Counted from the stretch's first letter, positions 1 to 8,000 are shown. The stretch: DNA of 64,000 nucleotides from Verrucomicrobiales bacterium (GCA_031411295.1 JANOAV010000189.1:1-64000), one strand, 5' to 3'. Notes: a model not told the origin generated them from the sequence alone. A program made the numbers and translations.

Positions 1-73
1 CGTTAAATTCAGCGGTTTGATGGAGCGGCTCATCCCCACTTATTTCACATTTGTTAACTATTGCAAGTAAGCA

Positions 74-264
74 CTAGCGATACCCCCGGAATCCCAACGA
101 AATGACCGCATCCCGGCAGGGATGCCAGAATGGGATCGTGCCTAGCCATTTCCTCGCATATTGCTGATCTGGCATCCCTGCCGGGATGCGATTCTTTGGG
201 TCCTCTAACCGGGGGTATCGCTAGCGCTCAACCCCCGGCTAATTTCTGAGATCCCTCCGGGATC
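74..264. repeat. Nested inverted-repeat (REP/REPIN-like) element
   Basis: CTAGCGATACCCCCGG (74-89) pairs with CCGGGGGTATCGCTAG (209-224). CGCATCCCGGCAGGGATGCCAGA (107-129) pairs with TCTGGCATCCCTGCCGGGATGCG (168-190). Further hairpins at 209-238 and GATCCCTCCGGGATC at 250-264. Confidence 0.85.
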
Positions 265-322
265 ACCTCAGCTTGAACCCAACTTAGAATGACACATCTG
301 ACACCAGCCCCACGACACTTAA

Positions 323-655
323 ATGTTTCCTCATTTCCGCGGCCAGGTGAAGCCGAATGCCGCCGCGCATTTCTCCATGGAAGTGAAAAGCTTCGCGCTG
401 CAACGCATGTCAGGAAAATCTCCGAATCATGCGCCAGCCTTGATGGCGCACGTGAAGCAGACCGCTGCGAATGGAGATGAGTTGCTGAACAAGCATTGCT
501 TCACCAGTGGCATCTTTCTAGAGGGGCAGTCGATCCACGCCCCCATCGCAGATTATGCCAGTAAGCCCGACCTGCTGCGCTCCCATATAAAAACTCTGGC
601 GGCAGACGTGGCACGTCCATGCGGTGAGCTGCTGCAGAAGAAGCTTGAGGTTTAG
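323..655 (+). CDS. Small hypothetical protein or gene remnant
   Basis: 110-aa ORF in otherwise empty space, convergent on ppk1; no recognisable motif. Confidence 0.25.
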   Translation: MFPHFRGQVKPNAAAHFSMEVKSFALQRMSGKSPNHAPALMAHVKQTAANGDELLNKHCFTSGIFLEGQSIHAPIADYASKPDLLRSHIKTLAADVARPCGELLQKKLEV

Positions 656-684
656 TTCCAGGCCTGGCCACCGCCCGCCAGTTA

Positions 685-2934
685 CTACAGCAATTTCTTT
701 TTTGCTTTGGGCTTTTTGGAATGCTTTTGCGCTTTGGGCTTCAATTTGGCTTTCACCGGCTTTTTCTTCCCTTTTCTGGCCCCCACAGCAGTGCCCCCAT
801 GCATGACTTCCATCATTTCAGGAGCGGTTAGCGAGGTTCCATCCCAATCCTTCCTTCCGGTCCGCGCCCGCAGCGCCAGCCAGTCACGGATCACGGCCTG
901 CGCCCGCACCGCAAGCTTCGGATGCGTGCCCTTGGCATAGTGATTGAGCAGCGCGCGATCGAGCACGCGGGACTTCTGATTATCACTCCATTGCAGTTCC
1001 AAATACGTGTTTAGTTCATTTTGAATCGCAGGATCAAAGATGGGGCAGATGACCTCGAACCGGCTATCGAAGTTACGCGGCAAAAAATCCGCCGAACTGA
1101 GAAATAGTTTCGGCTGCCCCCCGTTGGCGAAGCGGAAAATGCGCGAGTGCTCCAAGTAACCGTCCACAATGCCGATGGCTGAAATATTGCTTTTGTGACG
1201 GGCATCACCCGTGACCACGCTGAACATACTGCGGCAAATTAAGCGCACCTGAACACCTGCCTTTTCCGCCTTGTAGAGCAACTCGACAATTTCCAAGTCG
1301 GACAAGTTGTTAATCTTGATGAAGACCTCGGCCGGGAGTCCCTTCTTGGCATTGGCAATCTCGTTTTGAATCCAATACTTAATCGTCGGCCGCAGATGGA
1401 AGGGAGAGGCCACTAAGTAGTCCAAGCGGGGCGGTTGATAGGTATTCCGGAAGAAGGCGAAGATTTGCTTCAGGTCACGCCCAATGCCCTGATCGCTCGT
1501 GAAGAGCATGTGGTCGGTATAAAGCGTCGAGGTATCTTCGTTGAAATTCCCCGTTCCCACCACGCTATAGAACGTTTCATTCCCACCCTCACTGCGCGTG
1601 ATCAAGCAGACTTTGGCGTGCACTTTCAAGTTGGGGATCCCCAAAATAACCTTCACCCCGGCTTCCTGATAGTGATTGGCCCAGCTAATGTTATTCTTTT
1701 CGTCAAACCGAGCCCGCGGCTCGATCATAACCGTCACCGCCTTGCCATTGCGCACCGCATTCACCAGCGCCTTGGCCACACACGATTGGCTCGCCATGCG
1801 ATATTGGGTGAGCTTGATACTCTGCACCAGCGGATCCAGACTCGCTTCCCGCAGCAGATCGATGAAGGTGTTGAAGGAATGATACGGGAAATGCAAAAGC
1901 ACGTCATGGTCGTGAATTACCTTCAAGATGCTCTTCGTCTGCCGGTTGAGCAACGGATGTGACAACTCCGGCAAATGCGGGAAGGCCAACTCGGCACCTC
2001 CCAGTTTGGGGAATTTCATCAAATCCTTCCGATTATGATACCGGGCCCCAGGGAACAACGTATCCTCCTGCTTGAGCTTCAGTTTCCCCAGCAACAAGTG
2101 GAGAAACTCGGGCGGTAATCCCTTGTCATAATTCATGCGCACCGCGGCCCCGGTTTCCCGGGCTTTCAGACCGTCGGAAATTTTGTCGTGCAGGCTTTCG
2201 GTAAAATCGTCATCAAATTCCATCTCCGCATCCCGCGTAAATTTCACCGCCCAAGCCTCAAATTTATCATACGGCACTCCAGCAAATAGCGAATCCATGC
2301 CGAAGCGAATGATGTCATCCAGATACATCACCAGCGTTTTGCCCTCATGCTGCGGCAGGACTACAAAACGCGGCAACTCGGCGGACGGAATCTCGATCAA
2401 GGCATACCCTGCCCGTTCCGGATGCTCCGCTTGGGAAAGTCTCACGGCCAGATACATCGGATGATCCCGCAGTTCTGACAGGCGGCTGTAGCCCTTGATC
2501 ATATTGGGCATGATGCGCGGACGCACCTTCGTCTGGAAGTATTCTTCCAGCCAGGGCTTCAATGCTTTCGGAACGCGCTTCTCATCCACCAGTGAAATCC
2601 CGTGACGAGTTAAATCAGTGAATATTTCGGAGTAAATCTGATCGAATTTCTGCATCTCCGCCCGCACCAGGGATTTGATTTGACTCAGGGTGCGTTTGGG
2701 ATCCGGCAGGCTCAGTTGCTTGTAATCCTTGCCCAGCAACGTCAGGCGCTTCAGCGTAGCCACGCGCACCCGAAAGAATTCATCCAGATTGGAGCTGTAG
2801 ATGCCAAGGAATTTTAAACGTTCGAGCAACGGCACTTTGGCATCGCCTGCTTCTTGCAGCACGCGGGAATTGAAAGCTAACCAACTAATTTCTTTACTGC
2901 GAAAGGGGATTTTCTGAACGTGATCAAGCTGCAT
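685..2934 (-). CDS. ppk1: Polyphosphate kinase 1 with Lys-rich C-terminal extension
   Basis: PPK1 motifs EISWLAFNSRVLQEA, SSNLDEFFRVRVA, LLHFPYHSF, ARFDE, LKVHAK, YLEHSR and RNFDSRFEV. Start placed at the ATG of MQLDHV (2934). Confidence 0.95.
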   Translation of the reverse strand: MQLDHVQKIPFRSKEISWLAFNSRVLQEAGDAKVPLLERLKFLGIYSSNLDEFFRVRVATLKRLTLLGKDYKQLSLPDPKRTLSQIKSLVRAEMQKFDQIYSEIFTDLTRHGISLVDEKRVPKALKPWLEEYFQTKVRPRIMPNMIKGYSRLSELRDHPMYLAVRLSQAEHPERAGYALIEIPSAELPRFVVLPQHEGKTLVMYLDDIIRFGMDSLFAGVPYDKFEAWAVKFTRDAEMEFDDDFTESLHDKISDGLKARETGAAVRMNYDKGLPPEFLHLLLGKLKLKQEDTLFPGARYHNRKDLMKFPKLGGAELAFPHLPELSHPLLNRQTKSILKVIHDHDVLLHFPYHSFNTFIDLLREASLDPLVQSIKLTQYRMASQSCVAKALVNAVRNGKAVTVMIEPRARFDEKNNISWANHYQEAGVKVILGIPNLKVHAKVCLITRSEGGNETFYSVVGTGNFNEDTSTLYTDHMLFTSDQGIGRDLKQIFAFFRNTYQPPRLDYLVASPFHLRPTIKYWIQNEIANAKKGLPAEVFIKINNLSDLEIVELLYKAEKAGVQVRLICRSMFSVVTGDARHKSNISAIGIVDGYLEHSRIFRFANGGQPKLFLSSADFLPRNFDSRFEVICPIFDPAIQNELNTYLELQWSDNQKSRVLDRALLNHYAKGTHPKLAVRAQAVIRDWLALRARTGRKDWDGTSLTAPEMMEVMHGGTAVGARKGKKKPVKAKLKPKAQKHSKKPKAKKKLL

Positions 2935-3198
2935 GGGAATGGATATGAAGTGCAGTGTCGTCCGCGATATGGCGTCGAGCAACCCTTCTCGTGTGACAAA
3001 AACGGGGGGGCGGAAGTAATCCTCGCGCAGGGCGGATTTTTGCACGCCCAATAAAAAAATTGACGGTGATAGCAGCTAATAGTAGAATCCGACTCCATGG
3101 TGATTAAAAAACAACGCTGCGGGACGTCAGCCTACTATGCTGAGCATGGGTGCGTGTTTTCCTGCTTGAGTCACATGGTTTTGGCGGACAGCCCCAGA

Positions 3199-3492
3199 GT
3201 TTCGTTTGGCGAAACGACTATCTCGACTGGCGACGGGACTTTGGGGGGGACGGACATCACTTTCTCCGGCAGGGAAACAAGACTTTCGCTCACGGAAACA
3301 GTCGTCTCGCTGAGCGACAAGACTGTTTCCCTCGCGGACCAAACTCTGTCGCTACCGGACAAAGGTCTGTCCACCCCGGACCAAACTCTCTCCGGCTGTG
3401 AGATTACCTTGTCCGGTTGCGAGCCATCTCCCTCCGGCTCCGACCAAACTCCGTCCACCCCGGACCAATGTCTTTCCGTGGGCGAAAATGCG
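3199..3492. repeat. Degenerate tandem array of 14 x 21-bp units with conserved palindromic TC-N7-GA core
   Basis: Units phased from 3199 (GTTTCGTTTGGCGAAACGACT, ATCTCGACTGGCGACGGGACT ... CTTTCCGTGGGCGAAAATGCG). GA at unit positions 13-14 in 14/14 units and TC at positions 4-5 in 13/14. Confidence 0.85.
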
Positions 3493-3563
3493 CCTTTCCC
3501 GGTTCAGACCTCCATTTCTCCGCGCTGGAGCACCTTTCCCCCAAACCACAACAAACCAAAACA

Positions 3564-4307
3564 ATGGCAAAAACTCCACTCACTTGGGACGGCACGGACG
3601 CGAAAGGCCAACCGCTGCGTTGGGACTCGCCCGGACTTTTCTGGGATGGATTTGTGCCGCAACCCAACCCAAAACGTATGCCTCAGTTACGCGTCCTTTT
3701 AGGCTTTGCCAGTGCTCCTGATAATGCACTGGATGAACTCGCTGGAGCCGTGCTCCAGAAATTATATGGCAATGCCATCTACCCGACACCTCCAGTGACC
3801 TCAGTGGCCCTCACCACCGCCAAAAATGATTTTTCCGCCGCCGTAGCGGCGGCTAATCTGGGCGGGCCAGGGGACACCGCCATCAAGAATAACAAACGGG
3901 AGGATTTAGTGGACCTGTTGCGCAAACTGGCGGTTTATGTTCAGGAGCGCCATGAGAATGACCTCGCCAATCTGCTCTCCAGCGGATTCGATGCCGTTAG
4001 CACCAACCGGGCCTCCAGTCCGCTCGCACCGCCCCACATTAAGGACATCACCAACGGGAATACCGGCCAACTAGTGCTCCGCGTTACCGTCGTGACCAAC
4101 GCCAAGTGCTACGAAGTCCGCTCTGCGCTCGTCGGCCCGAACGGGACCTTGGGACCATGGCAAACTGGTGGCCTATTTACCAATTCGCGATCCATGGCCG
4201 TAGGCGGGCTGACTCCGGGAACCGTTTACCAATTCCAAGTCCGCGCAGTCGGGGGCAGCACCGGCTACAGCGACTGGAGCGATCCCGTGAGCCACATGAG
4301 CATGTAA
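3564..4307 (+). CDS. Fibronectin type III domain-containing protein (N-terminal WD-rich segment, helical domain, C-terminal FN3; no signal peptide)
   Basis: C-terminal GLTPGTVYQFQVRAVGG...SDWSDPV is an FN3 signature; YPTPPVT followed by amphipathic helices; start at MAKTPLTWD after an A/C-rich leader. Confidence 0.85.
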   Translation: MAKTPLTWDGTDAKGQPLRWDSPGLFWDGFVPQPNPKRMPQLRVLLGFASAPDNALDELAGAVLQKLYGNAIYPTPPVTSVALTTAKNDFSAAVAAANLGGPGDTAIKNNKREDLVDLLRKLAVYVQERHENDLANLLSSGFDAVSTNRASSPLAPPHIKDITNGNTGQLVLRVTVVTNAKCYEVRSALVGPNGTLGPWQTGGLFTNSRSMAVGGLTPGTVYQFQVRAVGGSTGYSDWSDPVSHMSM

Positions 4308-4331
4308 AACTGCCTCATCACAGAAACAAAC

Positions 4332-4366
4332 GAACTGGGCGGTGCCGCAAGGTCCCGCCCAGTTTC
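4332..4366 (+). terminator. GC-rich hairpin, probable intrinsic terminator between the FN3 gene and the end of the cassette array
   Basis: AACTGGGCGG...CCGCCCAGTT stem about 25 nt after the FN3 stop. Confidence 0.6.
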
Positions 4367-4469
4367 ATTGGCGTCGCCAAACCCCATCGCCCCGCCATCA
4401 TAGCCGCACAGCGAGCCGCGCAGGCAGAGCGCGGCCAACAAGGAAAACGCCGAGTAAATCACCGGGCTT

Positions 4470-4530
4470 GTCCAACAACTAATAGCTTCGGGGCGCAAAG
4501 CCGCCCAAAGCTATCTTTGAAGGTTCGCTG
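4470..4530 (-). mobile_element. attC site 4 (short)
   Basis: Minus strand: R'' CAGCGAAC, stem ATAGCTTTGGG/CCCGAAGCTAT, R' GTTGGAC. R'' is complementary to the GTTCGCTG that starts this cassette (4944-4951). Confidence 0.7.
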
Positions 4531-4536
4531 TTGATT

Positions 4537-4938
4537 TCATCTTGCACTCTTCACGATCTCCACAGTCTGAGCCTCATTCCAATACCGATACTCTCGATTC
4601 GAAAAGACCCACTCCCCCACCAACTTTAGACGCGCACCATCCGCAGTCCATTCCAGATCGCGAGACATCGAGACCATTGGGACACCAATCTTGCCATAGT
4701 TCGAGCCACCCGGATCCTCGATTCTGATGAAACCCTCCTTATCCCCAGATCCACCTGGCATCGTCGGCAACAATGATTCGTATCGGCGGTAAGTTACGAT
4801 TGCTGTGTGCTTGCCGTCTGGAGAGTCGATTCGCAGATACTCATCTTCTTGGACAAGCCATAACAAAGTGACGCCTGTGATCACGACTATGAGGCAGCCG
4901 AAAACACGCATTGATCTTCTCCATCGGTTTGTGCTCAT
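4537..4938 (-). CDS. Cassette-borne hypothetical protein with N-terminal membrane anchor
   Basis: 133-aa ORF filling the interval between attC3 and attC4; hydrophobic N-terminus then SPDGKHTA beta-rich region. Confidence 0.7.
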   Translation of the reverse strand: MSTNRWRRSMRVFGCLIVVITGVTLLWLVQEDEYLRIDSPDGKHTAIVTYRRYESLLPTMPGGSGDKEGFIRIEDPGGSNYGKIGVPMVSMSRDLEWTADGARLKLVGEWVFSNREYRYWNEAQTVEIVKSAR

Positions 4939-5507
4939 TTCTTCAGCGAACGTTTCGGATCAGGCGACGGCGAGCCGGAAGCGTCGATGACACGACAGAT
5001 AGCCTTCGAGCCGTTCCCTGAATCCGTTTCGCCCGGTTGGTGATGTTGATAGCCTACTGACCACCGCTCCTGCAAATAGATGTGCTCAACCTGCGACCAG
5101 TGCTCACGATAAAAGAGCTTGGCTTCCTCATATATCCGCTTCTCCCAGTCTGCACCGAGACGAGCCTCGATAATCGGTCGCACTACCTTCTGGTAGCCAG
5201 CAATCCGCGCCACTGGGCCGGGCACCGGACACGGGCTGATGACGCGATAATCAATCCCATATCGCTCTCGCAAAAGTCTCCTGAAGCACCATAGCACTCG
5301 CCAACCTTCTTCCTCCTCACACTGGATATCCTCAAACCCCAAGACTCCTTGTCGCAGGTCGAGTTGAGCGCGATCGCGTCCCTTCCGAGCTTCATCACGC
5401 TGGTAGCTCTCAAGTCCACGTTGCGGAACGTAGCCGAGGCGGCTCTCTGGGGTTGATGTGCAGGCCACCATGAAGGCAAGTATCGCTGTAACAGAAAGGA
5501 AACGCAT
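4935..5507 (-). CDS. Cassette-borne putative lipoprotein
   Basis: MRFLSVTAILAFMVAC lipobox-like signal. The ORF reads through attC3 and its TGA overlaps the next ATG. Confidence 0.7.
   Translation of the reverse strand: MRFLSVTAILAFMVACTSTPESRLGYVPQRGLESYQRDEARKGRDRAQLDLRQGVLGFEDIQCEEEEGWRVLWCFRRLLRERYGIDYRVISPCPVPGPVARIAGYQKVVRPIIEARLGADWEKRIYEEAKLFYREHWSQVEHIYLQERWSVGYQHHQPGETDSGNGSKAICRVIDASGSPSPDPKRSLKK
4944..5034 (-). mobile_element. attC site 3
   Basis: Minus strand: GGGCGAAAC-GGATTCAGGGAACGGC ... GCCGTCGCCTGATCC-GAAAC-GTTCGCTG; imperfect long palindrome ending in a GTT core. Confidence 0.7.
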
Positions 5508-5534
5508 CGGGAAGTCTGGGTGAGCTGCGAAATT

Positions 5535-5636
5535 GGGCGAACGTCTAAACTCTGGCACAGATGGGGCGGGTATGACGCTTCCGAATCAGAGAAAACTCCG
5601 CCGCCCCATCTGTTGCCAGCAGTGTTTTGTTCGCCT
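5535..5636 (-). mobile_element. attC site 2
   Basis: Minus strand: AGGCGAAC-AAAAC-ACTGCTGGCAACAGATGGGGCGG ... CCGCCCCATCTGTGCCAGAGT-TTAGAC-GTTCGCCC; canonical R''/L''/L'/R' layout with extrahelical bases. Confidence 0.9.
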
Positions 5637-5644
5637 TGGTTTGG

Positions 5645-6136
5645 TTAGTTGCGTGTGTGATTGCCATAGAACTTCTCATAAACAGATGTGAGTAATCGAA
5701 GCTTCGCCTCGAATGCAAATCCTTGGAGCGTCCCGCCATACAAACGCACTCCCTCCTGTGCGAAGAAAATGGGGTGGCAAGTAGTGCGGAGGTAGGCGCA
5801 GATAAAGTGGACTGCGATCGGAATCGGCAGATACCACCAAAGCCCAATGCAGCCAAGGTAGATGGCCCAGACTACTGTGAACATCTGCCACGGAGAAGCA
5901 CCGTTGGAGATGTTCGCTGCGGCGAATGGCATCCGAAAATAAAAGCCATGCTGTGATGCAACCTCAGCTTCGTCTGGAGTCAAGAGACCCACCTGAAACC
6001 TAGTCGTCCGCTGAGTTCCGAAGACAATCAAAAAGAGAAGCAACCAAGCAATGCCAATCACTACAGAAGTAAAGATGGGAATGAACCAGAGAAGCGGCAA
6101 GCTCGCTATGAGGCAAAGAAGGAGTAGGCAGCCCAT
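5645..6136 (-). CDS. Cassette-borne integral membrane hypothetical protein
   Basis: 163-aa ORF with about four hydrophobic segments; stop lies just before attC2. Confidence 0.7.
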   Translation of the reverse strand: MGCLLLLCLIASLPLLWFIPIFTSVVIGIAWLLLFLIVFGTQRTTRFQVGLLTPDEAEVASQHGFYFRMPFAAANISNGASPWQMFTVVWAIYLGCIGLWWYLPIPIAVHFICAYLRTTCHPIFFAQEGVRLYGGTLQGFAFEAKLRLLTSVYEKFYGNHTRN

Positions 6137-6156
6137 CGGGTGTGAATGTCAGGGGT

Positions 6157-6771
6157 CTATCCTCCAAACAGCCGCTTAAAGAGCGATGGCTTCTTGGGTG
6201 CGTCAGCCTGCCGCTTCTGCTCATCCATGATCGCTCGTCCCCGCTTAATGTTCTCGATAAAGCCCGGCGGGAACTGCCCTGTCTCTTGCTGATGGCTCAT
6301 CGCCTCCATAACGCGCTTCATAGACTCATCAGCCTCACTCGAGAGAGCTTTGCTTCGGACCACCGCAGCCTCACTCACTGGGAAATCGTTCTCAGGCGGT
6401 GGAGTCCCGGCCTCATATAGCTTGATGGTCTGAAGGATGTCCGAAATCTTATGCACGTAGTGAGTCCGTGTGCCGGAATCTCGGAGGCAAGCAACTCCAG
6501 CAATTGTATCCTCTAGCTGACCTTCTGAACCCTTGGGGAAGTAATAGACCACGTATCGAACGCCAGCGGCAGAATCAAAATACTTGAAGTCCTGAGGAAC
6601 ATTCGACTGGCCATGACACGCGGGACACGGACTCGTGAAAGCTGTGTAGTTCAGAACTCTCTGCTTAAGATCTGGATAACCTTCGCCATCCACACGGAAC
6701 AAAACTTCGTGATCGAATGGCTTCGAGCAATGAGCACACGGGGAGTTGATTGTCTTGATGATCGGCTTCAC
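6157..6771 (-). CDS. CpXC-like zinc-ribbon domain protein (cassette-borne)
   Basis: PCAHC...PDLKQRVL...PCPAC...FKYFD pattern resembles CpXC domains; GTG start just after attC1. Confidence 0.7.
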   Translation of the reverse strand: MKPIIKTINSPCAHCSKPFDHEVLFRVDGEGYPDLKQRVLNYTAFTSPCPACHGQSNVPQDFKYFDSAAGVRYVVYYFPKGSEGQLEDTIAGVACLRDSGTRTHYVHKISDILQTIKLYEAGTPPPENDFPVSEAAVVRSKALSSEADESMKRVMEAMSHQQETGQFPPGFIENIKRGRAIMDEQKRQADAPKKPSLFKRLFGG

Positions 6772-6788
6772 GAGAGGTTGTTGGGGTT

Positions 6789-6913
6789 AGGCGTTCAAGC
6801 GCTGGCACCGCTGGGGCGGCGGGGAGCGTGGAAACGGGTGGGCGGGTTAAAGCTACGGAAAGCATGACCGACAGGGCAGCCCCAGCGGTTGACCAACCGC
6901 GCTTTGTTCGCCC
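6789..6913 (-). mobile_element. attC site 1 with damaged R' core
   Basis: Minus strand: GGGCGAAC-AAAGCGCGGTTGGTCAACCGCTGGGGC ... GCCCCAGCGGTGCCAGCGCTT-GAAC-GCCT; the expected GTT is missing. Confidence 0.8.
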
Positions 6914-6927
6914 TTGGTTTAGGGTAG

Positions 6928-7491
6928 TCAGCCACGGTTGTTCCTCCATTCAATAAAGACTTCGGTTCCGTCTGTGTAAATGAAGTAATCGCTATCGAGC
7001 AATATAATCAGGTGGCCTCGTTCGCCACTAATTGCATGCTCTGAGAAGTAGGTATTCCCCTTGATCCGCCATCGTCCTGCGGTGGTCTCTCCGTCCCCAG
7101 TCATGCGCCAAGTCCCGTCACGCTTATATTCATAACCATGTCTCGGGGACAACCAATGGCCACATCTGGCTGTCGTAGCACGGTCTGCATCCATCGTGGA
7201 CGGGGCAATCAATGTCTTCAGTTCACTACAAATCTCAGTCAGGCGACAGATATGCTCACGCTGCATCATGTGATTCTTCGTTTCGTCACTCAGTCTGGTG
7301 GCCAATAATCGTGCACGCATCAACCTTACGCTGTCTTCGGGTTCACGGGCTTCTACTCGCGGAAATGGTCGAGGCGCAGCAGATCTAGTTTCCTGTGAGG
7401 CGTCCGAACTACGTCTCAAGCCACCCGAAACACATCCTGACAACAGAACGACCGAAGTCACTAGAATCAACTTATTGCAATAGCGTGGCAT
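6928..7491 (-). CDS. First-position cassette gene, putative lipoprotein
   Basis: VVLLSGC lipobox; C-terminal GHW...DGTW...GRW beta-rich motif; starts about 30 nt after the attI-like GTT. Confidence 0.7.
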   Translation of the reverse strand: MPRYCNKLILVTSVVLLSGCVSGGLRRSSDASQETRSAAPRPFPRVEAREPEDSVRLMRARLLATRLSDETKNHMMQREHICRLTEICSELKTLIAPSTMDADRATTARCGHWLSPRHGYEYKRDGTWRMTGDGETTAGRWRIKGNTYFSEHAISGERGHLIILLDSDYFIYTDGTEVFIEWRNNRG

Positions 7492-7513
7492 GGGATGATG
7501 GCGCTGCGAAGTT

Positions 7514-7545
7514 GGGCGAACTAGTTGATCACCGACAGAAGTGGC
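7514..7545 (-). mobile_element. attI-like recombination site at the head of the cassette array
   Basis: Minus strand GATCAACTAG|TTCGCCC: a GTT core with no attC palindrome upstream. GTTCGCCC is the exact complement of the R'' (GGGCGAAC) of attC1. Confidence 0.65.
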
Positions 7546-7610
7546 GATTGTTGCCGAGCTTCTTTATAGGCGACAGCTTTGTCGGTTTTTGCGCGGGGTA
7601 GTAATTTCAT
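7521..7610 (-). CDS. Putative 29-aa leader peptide ending in the attI-like core
   Basis: MKLLPRAKTDKAVAYKEARQQSPLLSVIN*; the G of its TAG is the G of the GTT crossover triplet. Confidence 0.35.
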   Translation of the reverse strand: MKLLPRAKTDKAVAYKEARQQSPLLSVIN

Positions 7611-7627
7611 AGAGGAATATTGCCGGG

Positions 7628-7656
7628 ATTTAGCCGCAGATGCGCGTGATAGTCAA
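7628..7656 (-). promoter_or_regulatory. Candidate Pc-like sigma70 promoter for the cassette array
   Basis: TTGACT-N17-CTAAAT on the minus strand upstream of the leader ORF; the -10 match is weak. Confidence 0.35.
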
Positions 7657-7859
7657 CGCTATTGTCGATTTGAACTCAAATGCGCGTGAATTCCCGCAGA
7701 TTATGACAACAGGTCAAGAAAAAGCGCCCAGCACCATCCCGCAGAAATCGGGCTAGGAGGCTAGCCATCCTGACCTGCGCTCGACGAATGATTTCCAGAG
7801 GGAAAACCCATGAGCTACCGGGAGGGCTTGACGATTCCATGCGAAGATTCAGCACCATC

Positions 7860-7883
7860 CGCTGGAGTTTCGCTTTTAAGCGG
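7860..7883. repeat. Half-copy of the REP-like element at 29180
   Basis: CGCTGGAGTTTCGCTTTTAAGCGG versus CGTTGGAGTCCCGCTTTTAAGCGG. Confidence 0.55.
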
Positions 7884-8000
7884 TGCATCACTCCAAGCTG
7901 ACTCTGCAAAACGGCTTTGCCTGTTCCTCAGCCTAAAGCGCGTGACTCCAACGCATGTTCCGAATAGTTCCATCCTCCGGCCACTTATTTTCCACAGGAA

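Noticed and set aside
3199..3492. CRISPR array
   Set aside because: There are no identical direct repeats with unique spacers, the 21-bp period is too short, and no cas genes are present.
3097..3702. Heptad-repeat ORFs on both strands (3097-3702 +, 3171-3458 -) as confident genes
   Set aside because: Openness on both strands follows from the 21-bp dyad, and the + ORF overlaps the FN3 gene out of frame. Translation is not excluded but is unsupported.
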